Shown here: piece after piece, positions 58,786 to 64,000 of the stretch | How positions within the stretch are numbered: position 1 is the stretch's first letter | Layout of the letters: the number at the start of each line of letters is the position of its first letter | Assembly (NCBI GenBank): GCA_964016885.1 | Contig: OZ024762.1 | Location: 13,082,001-13,146,000, forward strand | Origin: Eledone cirrhosa | Taxonomy: Eukaryota | DNA length: 64,000 bases | Direction: 5' to 3' | Notes under the pieces: model-generated | Databases searched by the model: none | Seen by the model: only the letters and a program-made list of their open reading frames with translations | What the model was told of the DNA's origin: nothing | Position numbers and translations under genes: made by a program

Positions 58786-58970
58786 GTTTAGATCGGTATC
58801 CAGTGATTTCGATCTCGTTGTCTACAATTTGCTTAACAAAATCCTTCGAAGCACACGCATAGGATTAATTGTAATAGAACATGCCCTGCCAGAAGTCTAA
58901 GCTATGAAAATTTTAATTACTGTATCAACACACACATATACATTATATATATATATATATATATATATAT

Positions 58971-59184
58971 GAACAAGTAAGACCCCGACGGCTGAGCTCA
59001 AGCCGTTTCGACTAATTCAAGGCTAATTCTGGACTGAATGAAAATTTTGTCCAGAATTAGCCGTCGAAACGGCTTCAGCTCAGCCGTCGGGGTCTTACTT
59101 GTTCCTATTACCCACTCTACTACCCTAAGTATTGAGTACTTTGGTGCGTTATGGTCCACCTGGTTCCTTACCACTTTTCCTTCG

Positions 59185-59186
<2 letters not shown>
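58971..59186 (+). mobile_element. Short TA-embedded element with nested inverted repeat (inverted pseudo-LTR-like); paralog of 22944-23088
   Basis: 42-bp arms 58971-59012/59063-59104 (1 mismatch) enclose perfect 14-bp arms 59021-59034/59049-59062. Confidence 0.8.
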
Positions 59187-59239
<53 letters not shown>

Positions 59240-59264
59240 ATATATACATATATATATATAATGT

Positions 59265-59305
<41 letters not shown>

Positions 59306-59468
59306 CTGGACGCAGCACTTCATTCGTAATTAATTTTGATTAATTAAGACTCCTGGGGTGGTCACCCTTGCCATTTGGTCATTTAGATAATGACTCAATT
59401 CGATCATTAAGGATCTACTTGTAACGAATTGAAACATCTTGGCTGACTGTCTCAAGTACGTTAGTGTC

Positions 59469-59564
<96 letters not shown>

Positions 59565-59701
59565 TTATGTGTGTGTGTATATATATATGTGTGTGTTTAT
59601 GTGTGTGTGTATATATATATGGTGTGTGTATGTGTGTGTATGTGTGTGTGTGCCCATAATATATGCCTATAATTATGTATGCAAAGGTGTGTAGGTGTGT
59701 G

Positions 59702-59774
<73 letters not shown>

Positions 59775-59967
59775 TCACACACATACATATACACACTCAC
59801 ACACATACATATACACACACACACATACACACATACACACACATACATATATACACACACACAAAAAAACACACACATATATATATATGTATACATATAT
59901 ATACACATTATACATACATATGTGTGTTTTGCATGCTTATGTCCATGCCTACCATCACTCCTGACGA

Positions 59968-60188
59968 CAGTCTGTCTGTCAGTCTGTCTGTCTGTCAGTC
60001 TATCTGTTTGTATGTCTGTCTGTCTGTCTGTCTATCTGTCTGTCTGTCTGTCTGTCTGTCAGTCTGTTTGTATGTCTGTCTGTCTGTCTGTCTGTCAGTC
60101 TGTTTGTATGTCTGTCTGTCTGTCAGTCTGTTTGTATGTCTGTCTGTCTGTCTGGCTGTCTGTCTGTCTGTCAGTCAGTCTATCTGTA

Positions 60189-60224
<36 letters not shown>

Positions 60225-60448
60225 AGTATGTCTATCTGTCTGTCTGTCTGTCAGTCTGTTTGTATGTCTATCTGTCTGTCTGTCTGTCTGTCAGTCTGTC
60301 TGTCAGTCTATCTGTCTGTCTATCTGTCTGTCAGTCTATCTATCTGTCTGTCTGTCTGTCAGTATGTCTGTCTGTCTGTCTGTCTCTCTGTCTGTCTGTC
60401 TGTCTGTCAGTCTGTTTGTATGTCTATCTGTCTGTCTGTCTGTCAGTC
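59968..60448. repeat. (TCTG)n compound tetranucleotide repeat
   Basis: Direct inspection. Confidence 0.9.
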
Positions 60449-60615
60449 TAACACAGTTTTCGCTGCTAACATCTAAAATAACGTTCGATACAACATCCTT
60501 CCAACACTTCAACCCCGGCCCCCACCGCAGGGTCAGTCCCCCCCCCCCCACCACCGACAACAACCACCACCATTAAAAGTTAAACAGAAAAAGGTAATAG
60601 CAGTAGTTGATGTAT

Positions 60616-61062
60616 GTGGTGGTGGTGTGGTGGTGTGGTGTGGTGGTGTGGTGGTGTGGTGTGGTGGTGTGGTGGTGTGGTGGTGGTGTGGTGTGGTGGT
60701 GGTGGTGTGGTGGTGGTGTGATGTAGTGGTGGTGGTGGTGGTGTGGTGGTGGTGGTGTAGTAGTGGTGGTGTGGTGGTAGTAGTGGTGGTGGTGGTGGTG
60801 TGGTGGTGGTGGTGGTGGTGGTGTAGTGGTGGTGGTGTGGTGGTGGTGGTGGTGGTGTGGTGGTGGTGGTGGTGTAGTGGTGGTGGTGTGGTGGTGGTGT
60901 GGTGGTGGTGGTGGTGTGGTGGTGGTAGTGGTGGTGGTGGTGGTGGTGGTGTAGTGGTGGTGGTGGTGGTGTGGTGGTGGAGGTGGTGTAGTGGTGGTGG
61001 TGGTGTAGTGGTGGTGGTGGTGGTGTGGTGGTGGAGGTGGTGTAGTGGTGGTGGTGGTGGTG
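60616..61062. repeat. (GGT/GGTGT)n repeat
   Basis: Direct inspection. Confidence 0.9.
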
Positions 61063-62724
61063 GGACACACGAACTCTTGAGATTGTTGTCTTAATGAGAA
61101 CGTCTTTTAAGTGTACACTAATTGATGCAGACTTCAAAATCTCCACCTTACTGCCACACCACCACCACCATCACAGCCGCCACTACCACCGCTACCACTA
61201 CCACCACCACTACCAACACCACCACCACTACTATCACTACATCACCATCACCATCCTCACACCAACACCACCACCACCACCGCCACCATCACATCACAAT
61301 CACAGCCACTATCACTTCATCACCACCATACCACCACCACACCACCACTACCACCAACAACAACAACAACACTACCACCACCACCAACAACAACAGCACC
61401 ACCGCCATACCACCTCCACAGTCATACCACCACCACCGCCATACCAGCACCACCGCCACCATCACATCACAATCTCAGCCACTATCACTACACCACCACC
61501 ACCACCACCACCACCACTAACACTACCACCATCACTGTCACAATCACTAAACCCTGACGTGAAGATATTACCACTCACACTACAACCACCACCACCAATA
61601 CGACCACTACTAGCACTACTCCACCACTAACACCACTACCATCACAACATCTACTACTACCTCTATTCCGCTAACCCCCCCTCCCTACACTGCTGCTCCA
61701 CCCCCACCACTACTCCTACACCCCCCACCACTACTCATCCACCGACCACCACTACTCCACCACCAACACCACAACCATCACAACATCTACTACTACCTCT
61801 ATTCCGCTACGCCCGACCCCCCCCCCCCCACTACTCCTCCATCCCCCACCACTACTCCCAGACCCCCCACCACCAACACCACTACCATCACAACATCTAC
61901 TACTAGCTCTATTCGGCTACCCCCCCCCCCCTCCCACTACTCCCCCAACACCACCCCACCCCACCGTCCCAGTTTCCGCAGATTTAGTTCAAAATACCAT
62001 TGCCGTCGATAATTACATTTAAAGTGCAACCTCACTCTTGATTCTAAATCTTAACATCATCACCATCATCACTATCATCATTACCACCACAACCATCATG
62101 ATCATCATCACTACCACCAATACCATTATCAGCATCATCGCCACCACCACCACCATCACCATCACTATCACCACCACCATCATTACTACCAATACCACCA
62201 TCGCCACCACCACCACCACCTTCACCTCCACCACTACCACCATCCCCACCACGATCAATACCACCCCTCCACTACCAACACCATCAACCCCCTCTCCACC
62301 ACCACCATCATCACCACCACCACTACCATCATCATCATCATCATATTCCTAAATATATTTACAGTTCACAGCTATACATTTTAACTGGGTCCTTCACTAG
62401 GAGGGTACTTGACAAAGGAGGTTTAGCTGGGCCCTTGACAAAGCTGGGTCCTTCACTAGGAGATTTACCGGGTGGTTTAATAACCGGTAATCGAACCCAC
62501 GACCTTTAGATCGTCTTCTAAGCCGTCAAATACTGTATAGAGAGTATGTTTGTGTATAATATACATATAAAAGTCTGGCTATGAACATTTTAAGCTGTGA
62601 TCATTTCACAGAAAATGTTTCGATGTCAAGGAATCCTTTATGAGTTTGTAGTACCAACATTTAAAGATGGCGGCGATGGTGGGAGATGAGAGAGAGAGAG
62701 GGGGGAGAATGTCTCTCTCTCTCT

Positions 62725-62818
<94 letters not shown>

Positions 62819-63354
62819 ATAGAGATAAAGAGAGAGAGAGAGATGAAAAGAGAATGAGAAAACACACACACACATATATATATAAAGAGAGAGAGAGAGA
62901 TAGAGAGGGTCATATCGAGAGTGAGAGAGAAAGAGACAGAGAGAGAGAGATATATAGAGTAATACCATGTGTGTGCGAGAGAGAGAGAGTCATATGGAGA
63001 AAGAGAGAGAGTGACAGTGAGAGATAGAAAGATATATATATATATATAGAGAGAGAGAGATAAAGAGAGAGAAAGAATGTGTAATTCCGTAAATGTTACA
63101 ATAGAAAATTCAGTCTTTTTTTTCTTGGTTTCCATTTTCTAATCTCAACTAATTTTACTGTTGCCTCACAAACAATACATAATCCATTCTCTTATTCTAA
63201 ACCATTTTTTAAAAATTCCTTTAGACTTTTATTCCTTTATACCGTTATACTGTTCATACCATTGTTCCGACATTCTCACTGCCTCGACAGACAAACCTTT
63301 AAATGATGCAACTTTAGAATTATTGTAAGTAGGAAGAAAGCAACAGAGAGATAG

Positions 63355-63398
<44 letters not shown>

Positions 63399-63969
63399 GT
63401 GGATAGATAAAGAGATAGATAGAGAGAGAGAAAGATGGAGAGAGATAGATAGTGAGATAGATAGGTAGTGTGATAGATAGATAGAGATGGATAGATAGAT
63501 AGAGAGGCAAAAAGAAGGAAAGAAGGAAATAAAGAAAGAAAAAGATGAAGTATGAATGGAAGATGAAAAAAAGGAGAAATAGAAAGATAGAAAGAGAGAG
63601 AAAGAAAGAAAGAAAGATATAGAGAAAGAAAGAGGGAGAAAGATAGAAAAGAGAGAAAAGAAAAGATGAATCAAAGGAACTGAGTAAAAAAGAAATGAAA
63701 GAGAGAGAGAAAGAGAAAGAAAGAGAAAGAGAGATGGGGGGAGAAAAGTAGAGAGAGAGAGTGTGTGAGAGAGAGAATGGAGGAGAAGAAGAAGAAGAAG
63801 AAGAAGAAGAAGAAGAAGAAGAAGAAGAAGAAGAAGAAGAAGAAGGAGAAGAAGGAAGGAAGTCTGAATGAAAGACTCGAATTTAAACAAAAAAAAATGA
63901 ATTAAAAAAATTCTAAAGATTTTGTTTCTAACGAAATTTTAAGATAATGAGAGGGAAAAGATTACATTG

Positions 63970-64000
<31 letters not shown>

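Noticed and set aside
58800-58860. Minus-strand stem followed by GAAAT next to (TA)n
   Set aside because: No CUGANGA is present; too degenerate to call.

Overview
Gene-poor, AT-rich eukaryotic DNA dominated by di-, tri- and tetranucleotide microsatellites and minisatellites, with one 200-N assembly gap. The interspersed repeats look like octopod cephalopod SINE families, so the source is probably an Octopus-like genome; this is my recognition, not a database result. I can support no host protein-coding exon, and nearly all supplied ORFs are microsatellite translations. Real features are about 12 copies of a tRNA-derived SINE, other SINE fragments, three RTE-clade LINE fragments (one amplified in frame into a 123-bp minisatellite), several long fold-back/MITE-like elements and several tandem arrays. 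The main hidden signal is a set of minimal type I hammerhead ribozyme motifs of the Penelope/retrozyme type. Five complete cores (about 5.6, 13.9, 14.1, 16.4 and 45.9 kb) are all on the minus strand. Each ends about 35-50 nt from a (TA)n tract, and two paralogous copies show a compensatory base-pair change. Hammerhead-like remnants on the plus strand are all broken. Also notable are a triple-hairpin cassette at 44.3-44.6 kb, frequent YY1/Pho-like motifs and small homeodomain-site-rich unique islands.
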